From: Coleofasciculus sp. B1-GNL1-01
Lineage (GTDB): Bacteria; Cyanobacteriota; Cyanobacteriia; Cyanobacteriales; Coleofasciculaceae
Length of the DNA: 57,678 nt
Assembly: GCA_040220235.1 (NCBI GenBank)
Contig: JAVJTO010000052.1
Direction: 5' to 3' (one strand)
The position numbers were made by a program, and so were the translations under genes. Below, piece after piece: positions 42,907 through 51,789 of this stretch; within the stretch, counting starts at the first letter, position 1, and the number at the start of each line of letters is the position of its first letter. The notes under the pieces were generated by a model. The model worked only from the letters and a program-made list of their open reading frames with translations. It was not told the origin of the DNA and did not search any database.

Positions 42907-44820
42907 ATGAATTTATCCAAAACATCTGGCGAAGATCTAACACCCGGAACCGTCTATCTTCAGGATTATCAATCGGATCAACCCAGTAATCTGTATACCT
43001 TAGACTTAGTGACAGGGAACACCAAATTAATTGGTGCGATCGCCACCTCCGTAACCGATATTGCTTTTGTCGATTCCCAGCTTTATGGACTCGATCAAAC
43101 TGATGATGGTCAAACCACATTATTCCTCAATATTAACCCCACCACTGGGGAAGCCACAGTGATTGGTGATATTGGCTTTGCGGTTGCCGGTTTAGCCTAT
43201 CACCACCAGCGCCAGACTCTCTATGCTAGCAGTGCCAAACAATTAATTTCCATTAATCCCGCCACCGGAAAAGGGACACCCGTGGTAACCATTAAGGATC
43301 GAGAACGCAACTGTGGTGAAGTCACTTTTGCGGCTGATGGCATCGCTTATATTACCCTAATTGGTTATGACCACCAGAAATTCTTAGCCACCTGTGATCT
43401 CGATACAGGTTCAGTCAATCTTATTGGCAATACTGGCTTCCCTGATCTTGGCAGTATGGACTTTATTGGTGATACTCTTTATGGCGTTACGGGTAATTTC
43501 TTTAATTTAGGTAAAGATGGTCAACTCATCCGTATTAATCCTCAAACAGGTACAGGAACCTTAGTCACCATGACTGAACCGAGAGGGCGTTGGGCAGGAC
43601 TTACGGTTTATCAACCTGTGACCCAATCAACCCCTCAACCAACCACACCGACAACTACGATTACTCCGGAGAAATCCATGACTCTATTAACCATTGATAC
43701 CCAAGACCATTGCTATATTATTGACCAAGGTGCTATGGAACACCTACAGTCTAATGTGGCAAACTCAATTCGCTTAGACCAAGGAACGTATACCATAAAA
43801 ATTGCTAGTGGTCGCTACAGTTACGCTGAGGATAAAGAGCAAGGCGAACCCTTTGTCTTACTCTGGATCTATGGTATAGATGGCAGTACGTTTGTTAATA
43901 AAAACACGGGCTTTGAAACTGGGGCAACGTGGACAACATTGAATGGCTATGATGACCCCTTAAGTTTAGAGGTCAAAGATAAAGCGGTTGTTTGTGCCTT
44001 ATTCTTTGATATCAATAAAACCGATAACAGTGGCTTAATTACCCTATCCATTGCAGACAAAAAATCGACGACAACGCCTCAAACCCTAACCGTTGATAGT
44101 AAAACCAATTGTCATTTATTGAATCCGGACTACTTGAGGAGTCTCCAGCAATGGCAGACCAACTATATTGATCTAGAACCGGGAACTTATAAAGTGACTA
44201 TTCGCGAAGGAAATGCCCAGTATTGGTCAGGAGAACAAAAGTTTAAATTAGAACCTTGGGCGATCCTTTGGGTCAAAGGGGGCAAATTCATTACTAAACT
44301 CACAGGTATTGAAGTTGAACAAAGCTGGCTGTCGCTGAATGGGTATGAGGATTTTATCCCTCTTGAGGTCAAAGAAAAGACAACGATTTGCGGATTATTC
44401 TTCGATACCTACAAAGAGGATAACCAAGGACAAGTTGTTTTAGCCATTGAACCCGTTAGCGTTACTCACTTAATCGAAGAAAAAGAAAAAGTGAAAAATA
44501 AGGTGATGTCTGATTCCGATTCATCACCAGAAACCCCGTCAGATCAATCGGGTAAAAAGGTTGAAGCTGAAGTTGATTACTCTTACCGTAGCCAACGCCC
44601 TGGTTCTGTCAGTGTAGGAAATTTAGCCACATTAAGTTTTGACAGTTTCGGACGTGATCCGGCGAGAGATATTGTCTGTGTTACTCCGGTTCGTACTGTA
44701 GTTCGACGGGAGGAAGAAATCACAATTATTCGCAAAGTCAGGAAGGTTGAAGAGGTTGATGCGAGTCCGGCTTGTCCTGTGAATACCACTCAAGTTTCCA
44801 GAGAAACAGTCGGCGAATAA
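42907..44820 (+). CDS. Multidomain protein: beta-propeller, Pro/Thr linker, two tandem beta-sandwich (LecA-like by inference) domains, C-terminal two-Cys module
   Basis: Repeated L..I(N/D)P.TG blades; duplicated about 125-aa domain with EP..LW, LNGY.D and FFD...DN.G; GGAG/GAGG SD. Confidence 0.85.
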   Translation: MNLSKTSGEDLTPGTVYLQDYQSDQPSNLYTLDLVTGNTKLIGAIATSVTDIAFVDSQLYGLDQTDDGQTTLFLNINPTTGEATVIGDIGFAVAGLAYHHQRQTLYASSAKQLISINPATGKGTPVVTIKDRERNCGEVTFAADGIAYITLIGYDHQKFLATCDLDTGSVNLIGNTGFPDLGSMDFIGDTLYGVTGNFFNLGKDGQLIRINPQTGTGTLVTMTEPRGRWAGLTVYQPVTQSTPQPTTPTTTITPEKSMTLLTIDTQDHCYIIDQGAMEHLQSNVANSIRLDQGTYTIKIASGRYSYAEDKEQGEPFVLLWIYGIDGSTFVNKNTGFETGATWTTLNGYDDPLSLEVKDKAVVCALFFDINKTDNSGLITLSIADKKSTTTPQTLTVDSKTNCHLLNPDYLRSLQQWQTNYIDLEPGTYKVTIREGNAQYWSGEQKFKLEPWAILWVKGGKFITKLTGIEVEQSWLSLNGYEDFIPLEVKEKTTICGLFFDTYKEDNQGQVVLAIEPVSVTHLIEEKEKVKNKVMSDSDSSPETPSDQSGKKVEAEVDYSYRSQRPGSVSVGNLATLSFDSFGRDPARDIVCVTPVRTVVRREEEITIIRKVRKVEEVDASPACPVNTTQVSRETVGE

Positions 44821-44860
44821 AATAATGAATGATGTTAGAATAAACGGCAATTAACAGGAT

Positions 44861-45060
44861 GTAGGGGCGACCCGCTGCATCAATGAACAATACTTATCCA
44901 CTCAATTGACTCGGGTCGCCCTATCTTTACCCATCGGTAACAGTTGGGGCGACTCGCTGCATCAATAAACAATCCCCATCCACTCAATAAACTCGGGTCG
45001 CCTCATTTTCACCCCTCAGTAATAGATAATGTGTATTGCCGTTTATGCAAAAACAACATG
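44861..45060 (+). repeat. Two tandem 82-bp GTAG hairpin units plus leader; third copy at 46258-46375
   Basis: Stem GGGCGACCCG / CGGGTCGCCC with conserved loop CTGCATCAAT..AACAA..TCCA.TCAAT. Confidence 0.88.
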
Positions 45061-46236
45061 TCACGTCAACCTCAACCCTCAGCAACTCATCGCCAACCCA
45101 ATTCAATTATTCCTCTAGAAATTGAATCCCTCGATGAATTTGACCAGTATCTTAAAGACAAACAAAGTCTTGCCAATGTTGTTTTTCAAAGCTTGGATTT
45201 AACGGCATATTCTGAAATATTAAAAAAATACGACTTAACCAATACCGTCTTTTTAGGCTGTCGTCTGACACCCGATACTCTAACCTATATTTTAAACACA
45301 GGTGGCTTAGTCTTTCCACCCTTAACCTATGTTCCATACAATGCTTATCGTAATCGTCTTTATTCTCCCGATGAATTAATGGGAGAGTATCAAGTTGGAG
45401 TAACAGGAAGCTATCAGAATACTCTGGATGGTCGAATTTATAACCATTATGTCAAACAGGGCAAAGATCACCCCCCTAGTATTCTAGAAACCCTCGCCCA
45501 ACGGTTACATGATCATGCGATTACCGATGCTTTAGAAGAACTGATTGATGGGCGAAACGTTGTGGCAATTATGGGTGGACATTCCCTGAAACGGAGTGAT
45601 CCCAACTATATAAAAGTGGCGCGAATTTCTGGAGAATTGACCCGTCGCGGCTATTTAATGACCAGTGGTGGCGGACCCGGTGCCATGGAAGCCACCCATT
45701 TAGGTGCATGGTTTGCCTATCGTTCCCAGGCGGAATTAGAAGATGCGGTGGAGATTCTGGCGACTGCACCGATTTATAAACCGATGGAACAATGGTTAGA
45801 TACGGCGTTTGCGGTGAAACAAAAATACCCACTTCAAGATAAAAATGGGCAATATCCAGAGAGTTTAGGCATTCCCACCTGGTTATATGGTCATGAACCG
45901 CCCACCATTTTCGCCACCCACATTGCCAAACTCTTTGCCAATAGTATCCGGGAAGAAGGGTTACTCGCGATCGCCAAATATGGGGTAATCTATTCTCCAG
46001 GGAGTGCCGGAACCATTCAAGAAATCTTCCAAGACGCTTGTCAGAACCATTACAACTCCTTTGGTGTGGTGAGTCCGATGATTTTCTTAGGCGAAGATTA
46101 CTGGAAATGTAAAAAACCCGTGTTTCCGTTATTGGCGCAATTAGCGGCGGGGAGAGAATACAGTTCACTGTTGGCGATTACCGATTCCGTAGATGAGGTG
46201 ATTCAACAAATTGAACAATTTGCCGCCACATTATAA
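45058..46236 (+). CDS. LOG/SLOG-family nucleotide-binding protein
   Basis: VAIMGG, TSGGGPGAMEA and PGSAGTIQE (PGGxGTxxE-like) motifs; ATG 45058 (the longer ORF runs through the repeat). Confidence 0.85.
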   Translation: MSRQPQPSATHRQPNSIIPLEIESLDEFDQYLKDKQSLANVVFQSLDLTAYSEILKKYDLTNTVFLGCRLTPDTLTYILNTGGLVFPPLTYVPYNAYRNRLYSPDELMGEYQVGVTGSYQNTLDGRIYNHYVKQGKDHPPSILETLAQRLHDHAITDALEELIDGRNVVAIMGGHSLKRSDPNYIKVARISGELTRRGYLMTSGGGPGAMEATHLGAWFAYRSQAELEDAVEILATAPIYKPMEQWLDTAFAVKQKYPLQDKNGQYPESLGIPTWLYGHEPPTIFATHIAKLFANSIREEGLLAIAKYGVIYSPGSAGTIQEIFQDACQNHYNSFGVVSPMIFLGEDYWKCKKPVFPLLAQLAAGREYSSLLAITDSVDEVIQQIEQFAATL

Positions 46237-46257
46237 CTAATTTTGTGTTCAAGATCG

Positions 46258-46375
46258 GTAGGGGCGACCCGCTGCATCAATTAACAACACTCGTCCATTC
46301 AATTAACTCGGGTCGCCCTATCTCCACTTTCGGTAACAGAGACTATTTCTTTGCCGTTTATTCAAAAACAACATG
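46258..46375 (+). repeat. Third copy of the hairpin-leader unit
   Basis: Matches 44943-45060, including TTGCCGTTTAT.CAAAAACAACATG. Confidence 0.88.
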
Positions 46376-48025
46376 ACCAATTCAACCCATTCCATTCCGC
46401 CCGTCGATTTAGTCATCGTCATCGACACCAGTCCCTCAATGCGAGATGAAGCCCAAGCCCTAAGTCAAGCCGCCGCTGCTGCAATTAAAGCCGCCAGTTC
46501 TAGCTGTCCGTCCGATTTACGAACTGAATGGTTTGGCATCGAAGGGACTTGGAAAAATACCAATTTTAGCCGCCGAATTCGCGACTATCTAATCCAAGAG
46601 TGCAACGCGCCGGAAACTGAAATTCGGGCAAGAAAACGGGGGGAACTCAAAGATGCAGGCGCCCAAGAAGACGCCGCCCGTACCATTGAAGATATTGCCA
46701 ATCACTTTAACTGGCGCGAGGATGCAGCGAGGGCAATCTTTTACCTAGGGGATGAAGCCTTAGAAGCCGGAGGTTCTCAAACCACCCAAGAGGATATTGA
46801 CGCCGCTAATCGCGCCATATCCCAGGCAAAAACTGCCAATATCACGATTCACACGTATTTAGGTAAGTCGAAGAGTAAACATCGAGACAGTATTCAAAGC
46901 GAATATGCCAGAGTCGCCTCAGAAACTGGGGGACAAGCCTTTACTGACCAAGACACCCTCAAAGGCTTTGAAGATGTTCTAGAAAAAGTCATTTGTGGCA
47001 GTTGTGCATCGCAACCAGAAACACCCTCAAAACGTCCAATTCGCCAGAAAACACTGAACATTGGCACATTCAACCTTTATAATCTGGTTCTGCCCAATGT
47101 CACCTATTACGACACCAATAAATATAGCCCAGAACTTTATCAGCGCAAAAAAACCTGGATTGCCCGTCAAATCGAACAAATGGATGCCGATATTATCGGG
47201 TTCCAGGAACTGTTTCACGAGGAAGCCTTGCGGGAAATCCTCACCGAAACCCCAGACTGTGCCAATGCTAATCTAATTACCGCCAATCCCACCGGGGACA
47301 AACCAACTGTCGCGTTGCTGTCGAAAGTTCCGGTTCTCAACCACCAAATCTTCACCGAATTCCCCGAAAAGGCACGTCTAGACATGGAAGGGACAGCCAT
47401 TCCTCTGCATAGCTTTTCCCGTCCCCTGTTATCGGTGGATCTTGCCTTAAGTGATACGGTTGAATGTACTGTATTTGTGGCTCATCTTAAGTCTAAACGC
47501 CCTATCATACCTGAAGATGCCGATCGCAGTGACCCCGTGGAAAAAGCCAAGGGACAAGCCCGGGCGCTACTGCGTCGGGCGGCTGAAGCTACCGCCTTAC
47601 GGGTGATTCTCATGGAAACGCTGCAAAACCGCAAACGTCCAGTAATCGTAATCGGGGATTTAAATGATAGCGGTTTAGCCGTAACCAGTAAAATTATCTC
47701 CGGTGAACCCCCTTGGGAAAAACTAAGATTTGCCCAAAAGCAGGAAATCTGGGACGTACTGCTTTATAGTGTCAAGGACATTCAGGCGCGTCAGAGTTAC
47801 GGTGATTTCTACTACACCCATATTTACAACGGGTACTACGAGAGTTTGGATCATATTCTCGTGAGTGAAGAATTGGTGGCACAAAATCCGGATCGCATTG
47901 GTAAGGTGACGTATGTTTCTGTCTATAACGATCATCTCATCGATGAAACCTTGAGTTACGAAGACATGGAAAAATGGAAGTCGGATCACGGACAAGTCGT
48001 TGCCTCGATTCGACTGGAATCTTAA
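46373..48025 (+). CDS. vWA domain fused to an endonuclease/exonuclease/phosphatase (EEP) domain
   Basis: MIDAS motif DLVIVIDTSPSM; EEP motifs TFNLYN, DIIGFQE, HLKS, GDLND, LDHI and SDH. Confidence 0.88.
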   Translation: MTNSTHSIPPVDLVIVIDTSPSMRDEAQALSQAAAAAIKAASSSCPSDLRTEWFGIEGTWKNTNFSRRIRDYLIQECNAPETEIRARKRGELKDAGAQEDAARTIEDIANHFNWREDAARAIFYLGDEALEAGGSQTTQEDIDAANRAISQAKTANITIHTYLGKSKSKHRDSIQSEYARVASETGGQAFTDQDTLKGFEDVLEKVICGSCASQPETPSKRPIRQKTLNIGTFNLYNLVLPNVTYYDTNKYSPELYQRKKTWIARQIEQMDADIIGFQELFHEEALREILTETPDCANANLITANPTGDKPTVALLSKVPVLNHQIFTEFPEKARLDMEGTAIPLHSFSRPLLSVDLALSDTVECTVFVAHLKSKRPIIPEDADRSDPVEKAKGQARALLRRAAEATALRVILMETLQNRKRPVIVIGDLNDSGLAVTSKIISGEPPWEKLRFAQKQEIWDVLLYSVKDIQARQSYGDFYYTHIYNGYYESLDHILVSEELVAQNPDRIGKVTYVSVYNDHLIDETLSYEDMEKWKSDHGQVVASIRLES

Positions 48026-48330
48026 GCCAATCTTTAATTTGATTGACAAAAAGACGGTAAATCGGTTGACTCGTTCTCAGAGTAAACGAACGCCGTCCAG
48101 TCTTCGTTTAGGCTTCATGGTTATAGCGCTACGCGCTAGGCAATAGGCAATAGGTAACGTGAAACGTATTACCCGGTCAGATTTGTAGGGTGGGCAAGGC
48201 TTATAAGCCGTGAAATCCTAATATTATCGTTCCTTGTTCTTGCCCACCTCACAGTAACGTGAAACCTATTACCAGTACAGCAAGATATGAGTTGACGATT
48301 TACCCTTTATTCACGTTCAGGAGAAAAATT

Positions 48331-50040
48331 ATGACGACTCAATCCCCCCTCTCATCACAACGACGGGTTGGCATTATTCCCGCCTTAAAAGCCGATCGCC
48401 AATCTAACACATGGCACACGGTTAAATTTGATCCCCCGTTTCCTCAGGATACCCAAGTCGCCGTTATCCCGATGACGCAAACCTATAACGGACCCGAAAC
48501 CCCAGGGTTAAGACTTCGCAATGTTACCCCAGAAGGATTCGAGATTCGCTTCGATGAAATTGTCGCCCGGGGACGTTCGGCGGATGGGGCGCATCTGGAT
48601 GAAGCTGTCGCCTGGATTGCCTATCCTGTATCTACCCAAGAGGATGATACGCCAGGAACACCAGGAGTCCCTACCTTTCCCCCCGAATCTCTTGATATAA
48701 CCACCGATACAATTTATCAGCTACTGTGGGAACACGATGAAAATCAATTCTCAGTGAGTCCCCGCAACAGTTCAGGGGACTGGGAAAACCCAGACGCTGA
48801 TATTTTATTAGATGAACAGGTAAAAGCAGCAGGTCAACGCGAAATTGATTTAGCCACTCATCCTCTCTTCTATAAAGTAAATGAAGCGAAACTATTTGAC
48901 AACGATCGCACCTATTCCAGCTTTATACAACTTTTAGATAACTATGCCATTCGTGTGGCTGAACCCGAAAAGACGGTCGAGGAAGAAGTCCAAGAACAGC
49001 AAGCGTTTTTAGCAAAAATCATTAACACCAAGCCTATGCAGCTTGCCCGGACTTATATCAATCAAAACTTGGGCGAAAGTCTTTCGGAAGAAGAATTCCG
49101 CACCAATCTACAGCGGATCTGGTTTGAACTTTATACGAATCACTATGGCGGCAAATCGACTGAGTTTGCCTCTGGCTTTGAACATGTATTTGTCGGCGAA
49201 GGTAAATTTGATATCCATTCGGGAAGTAAAAAAGAAAACTTTGGCAAAATTTCCGGTTATCACTCATGGGTGAAGTTTTACCTGGATGAAAAGAATCAGC
49301 GGGTCAATTATTTAGGCTACAAGTATGACTTAAAAGGAGAGAATGGTTCCCAAAATCCCAATGTTGTCACCTTGCAGATGACCAAGAAAGTAATTGATAT
49401 GCAAGGAAACGTAATTGCCAAACTGTTTAAACCCAAAGGCGGCTTCTTCGTTGGTCCGAGTCCCGAATGTGAAATGGCAATGGCAACGGTTGCCTATTAC
49501 GAAAGTGTTCATGGCAAAATTACGGACAAGCGCCGGATTACCATTAATGACGCTACCTATAATTTAGTCTTGTATCGCAGCACGAATCCCAATGGCAGTC
49601 GTGGTGAATTCATTCGTTCCTTTTTTCCCATTTTCTTGGCAATGGATGATGGCGAAACACCGGACACTGATGAACCTGTTGTTGAGCCGATTGATGAAGT
49701 GACAAACAACAATGGTGATGTGGTCATTTTCGCCACCCAACCCAACCCAGAAGGCAGTGATGAAGGGAATGAGTGGGTTGAGTTAAAGAATACCACCAGT
49801 AATCCGATTGATTTATCGGGTTGGAAACTGCAAGATAAGTTAGACCGTCCAGAAGATATTAGTGGCACGCTGCAACCGCAGGAAGTCAAGCGATTTACCA
49901 TTTCGCGAGCTAATTATACGACTATGCAATTGGGGAACAGTTCGGGTATTATTGCCTTAATTGATTCTGCTGGAAATGAGGTAGCCATGGTTAGTTATGG
50001 TTCCGCTAGTTCGGGTGAAGTGATTCGGTTTGTGTCCTAA
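48331..50040 (+). CDS. Lectin-like N-terminal domain + EndoU/XendoU endoribonuclease + lamin-tail domain
   Basis: SGFEHVFVGE, GYHSWVKFY and KPKGGFFVGPSPECEMA (EndoU); NPEGSD..EWVELKN..DLSGWKL (LTD); AGGAG SD before ATG 48331. Confidence 0.85.
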   Translation: MTTQSPLSSQRRVGIIPALKADRQSNTWHTVKFDPPFPQDTQVAVIPMTQTYNGPETPGLRLRNVTPEGFEIRFDEIVARGRSADGAHLDEAVAWIAYPVSTQEDDTPGTPGVPTFPPESLDITTDTIYQLLWEHDENQFSVSPRNSSGDWENPDADILLDEQVKAAGQREIDLATHPLFYKVNEAKLFDNDRTYSSFIQLLDNYAIRVAEPEKTVEEEVQEQQAFLAKIINTKPMQLARTYINQNLGESLSEEEFRTNLQRIWFELYTNHYGGKSTEFASGFEHVFVGEGKFDIHSGSKKENFGKISGYHSWVKFYLDEKNQRVNYLGYKYDLKGENGSQNPNVVTLQMTKKVIDMQGNVIAKLFKPKGGFFVGPSPECEMAMATVAYYESVHGKITDKRRITINDATYNLVLYRSTNPNGSRGEFIRSFFPIFLAMDDGETPDTDEPVVEPIDEVTNNNGDVVIFATQPNPEGSDEGNEWVELKNTTSNPIDLSGWKLQDKLDRPEDISGTLQPQEVKRFTISRANYTTMQLGNSSGIIALIDSAGNEVAMVSYGSASSGEVIRFVS

Positions 50041-50073
50041 AGGATTGTTTTTTGTCGGAGTGGGTTTCAACCA

Positions 50074-50151
50074 TTCAACTTAAGCTAAAAAATTTCCAAT
50101 ACCTTGAGATAAACCCCTCCCTAACCCTCCCCTTGCCAAGGGGAGGGAACC
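50074..50151. repeat. Partial copy of the 9569-9755 MITE including the CCCTCCCCTTGCCAAGGGGAGGG hairpin
   Basis: TCAACTTAAGCTA..CAATACCTTGAG..CCCTCCCTAACCCTCCCCTTGCCAAGGGGAGGGAAC is shared with about 9577-9653. Confidence 0.75.
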
Positions 50152-50203
50152 AGGAGAAAACTAATTCTTCCATTATCCGCTGTAAAAAAAAGAGAGGTTC
50201 CAC

Positions 50204-51676
50204 ATGTCAATCAACGGCACAATGATGCAATATTTCCACTGGTATATTGATCCCAATCTGATCCTGTGGAATGACGTTAAAACCAAGGCGCAAGAATTAG
50301 CCGATGCGGGATTCACCGCGTTATGGCTACCTCCCGCCTACAAGGGAATGGGAGGAACGTATGATGTCGGCTACGCCGTGTACGATATGTATGATCTGGG
50401 GGAATTTGATCAACATGGTACTGTTCGCACTAAATACGGCACTCTTGAGCAATATTTAGCCGCAATCAACGCCTTACACGCATCAGGAATACAAGTTTAT
50501 GGGGATACTGTCTTAAATCATCGCATGGGAGGTGAAGGGACAGAAATTGCCCGCGCTACTCCCTTTAATGAATATGATCGGCTGCATCCTAAAGGATGGA
50601 CAAGGGATATTAAAGCCTACACCCATTTTAAGTTTCCGGGTCGTCAGGGCAAGTATTCTAATTTTGAATGGCATTGGTGGCATTTTGATGCTGTTGATTA
50701 CGACGATTACACCAAGGAACCCAATACGCTTTATCTCTTTGAGGGGAAAGTCTTTGATGATTATGTGGCATTAGAAAAAGGAAACTTTGCCTATTTAATG
50801 GGATGTGATCTGGATTTCCAGAGTCAAGAGGTGCGCGATGAAGTGACTCGTTGGGGTAAATGGTATCTGGATACCACAGGCGCTGATGGTTTCCGTCTGG
50901 ATGCGATTAAACATATTTCATCCTGGTTTTTCCCGCAATGGTTAGATGAGATGCGGTATCATGCGGGCAAAGATTTGTTTGTGGTGGGTGAATATTGGTA
51001 CAACAATATTGACACCTTACATTGGTATATCAACGCCGTTAATGGCAAAATGTCGGTATTTGATGTGCCACTCCACTACAATTTCTATTACGCCAGTCGT
51101 TCTGGTGGACATTATGACATGGGGAGTATTCTCAATGGCACTTTGATGCAGCAACGTCCCACCCATGCGGTTACATTTGTAGAAAACCATGATTCCCAAC
51201 CGTTACAGTCATTAGAAGCGCCAGTAGAACCCTGGTTTAAGCCCTTAGCTTACGCGATCATTTTATTGCGCCGCGAGGGGTATCCTTGTGTCTTTTATGC
51301 CGATTATTACGGTACAGAATATGAGGATTACGGCAAAGATGGCAATCGGTACAAGATTTTTCTTCCCTCTCACCGTTGGATTATTGACAAATTACTCTAT
51401 GCTCGGAAACAGTATGCTTATGGGGATCAATACGATTACTTTGATCACTACAATACAATTGGTTGGACGCGCTTAGGGGATCACGCTCATCCGAAAGCCA
51501 TGGCGGTGATTATGAGTGATAGTGTGCCAGGTTACAAGTGGATGGAAGTGGGTAAACCGAATGCCAAGTTCTATGATTTAACCGAACATATAAAAGAACC
51601 CATTTATACCAATGAATGGGGATGGGCAGAATTTCGGTGTAACGGCGGTTCTGTTTCCGTTTGGGTTCAAGAATAA
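50204..51676 (+). CDS. amyA: Cytoplasmic alpha-amylase, GH13 (subfamily 5-like)
   Basis: NGTMMQYFHWY, GFRLDAIKH, GEYW and FVENHD motifs. Confidence 0.93.
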   Translation: MSINGTMMQYFHWYIDPNLILWNDVKTKAQELADAGFTALWLPPAYKGMGGTYDVGYAVYDMYDLGEFDQHGTVRTKYGTLEQYLAAINALHASGIQVYGDTVLNHRMGGEGTEIARATPFNEYDRLHPKGWTRDIKAYTHFKFPGRQGKYSNFEWHWWHFDAVDYDDYTKEPNTLYLFEGKVFDDYVALEKGNFAYLMGCDLDFQSQEVRDEVTRWGKWYLDTTGADGFRLDAIKHISSWFFPQWLDEMRYHAGKDLFVVGEYWYNNIDTLHWYINAVNGKMSVFDVPLHYNFYYASRSGGHYDMGSILNGTLMQQRPTHAVTFVENHDSQPLQSLEAPVEPWFKPLAYAIILLRREGYPCVFYADYYGTEYEDYGKDGNRYKIFLPSHRWIIDKLLYARKQYAYGDQYDYFDHYNTIGWTRLGDHAHPKAMAVIMSDSVPGYKWMEVGKPNAKFYDLTEHIKEPIYTNEWGWAEFRCNGGSVSVWVQE

Positions 51677-51789
51677 GCGATGAATCAATGTAGGTTGGGT
51701 GGAGCGACAGCGATACCCAACATTTCCTTGAGGGATATGGCTCATAACGTTTGCATTGGTTGGGTTTCGTACCTTAACCCAACCTACGG

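Noticed and set aside
44944..45057. N-terminal extensions in the ORF track (also at 2405, 8753, 15524, 48259, 56099)
   Set aside because: The extensions run through REP/MITE DNA; downstream ATGs give better starts.
44861..46375. CRISPR array suggested by three similar repeats
   Set aside because: Units are 82 bp, two are directly tandem without unique spacers, the third is 1.3 kb away, and there are no cas genes.
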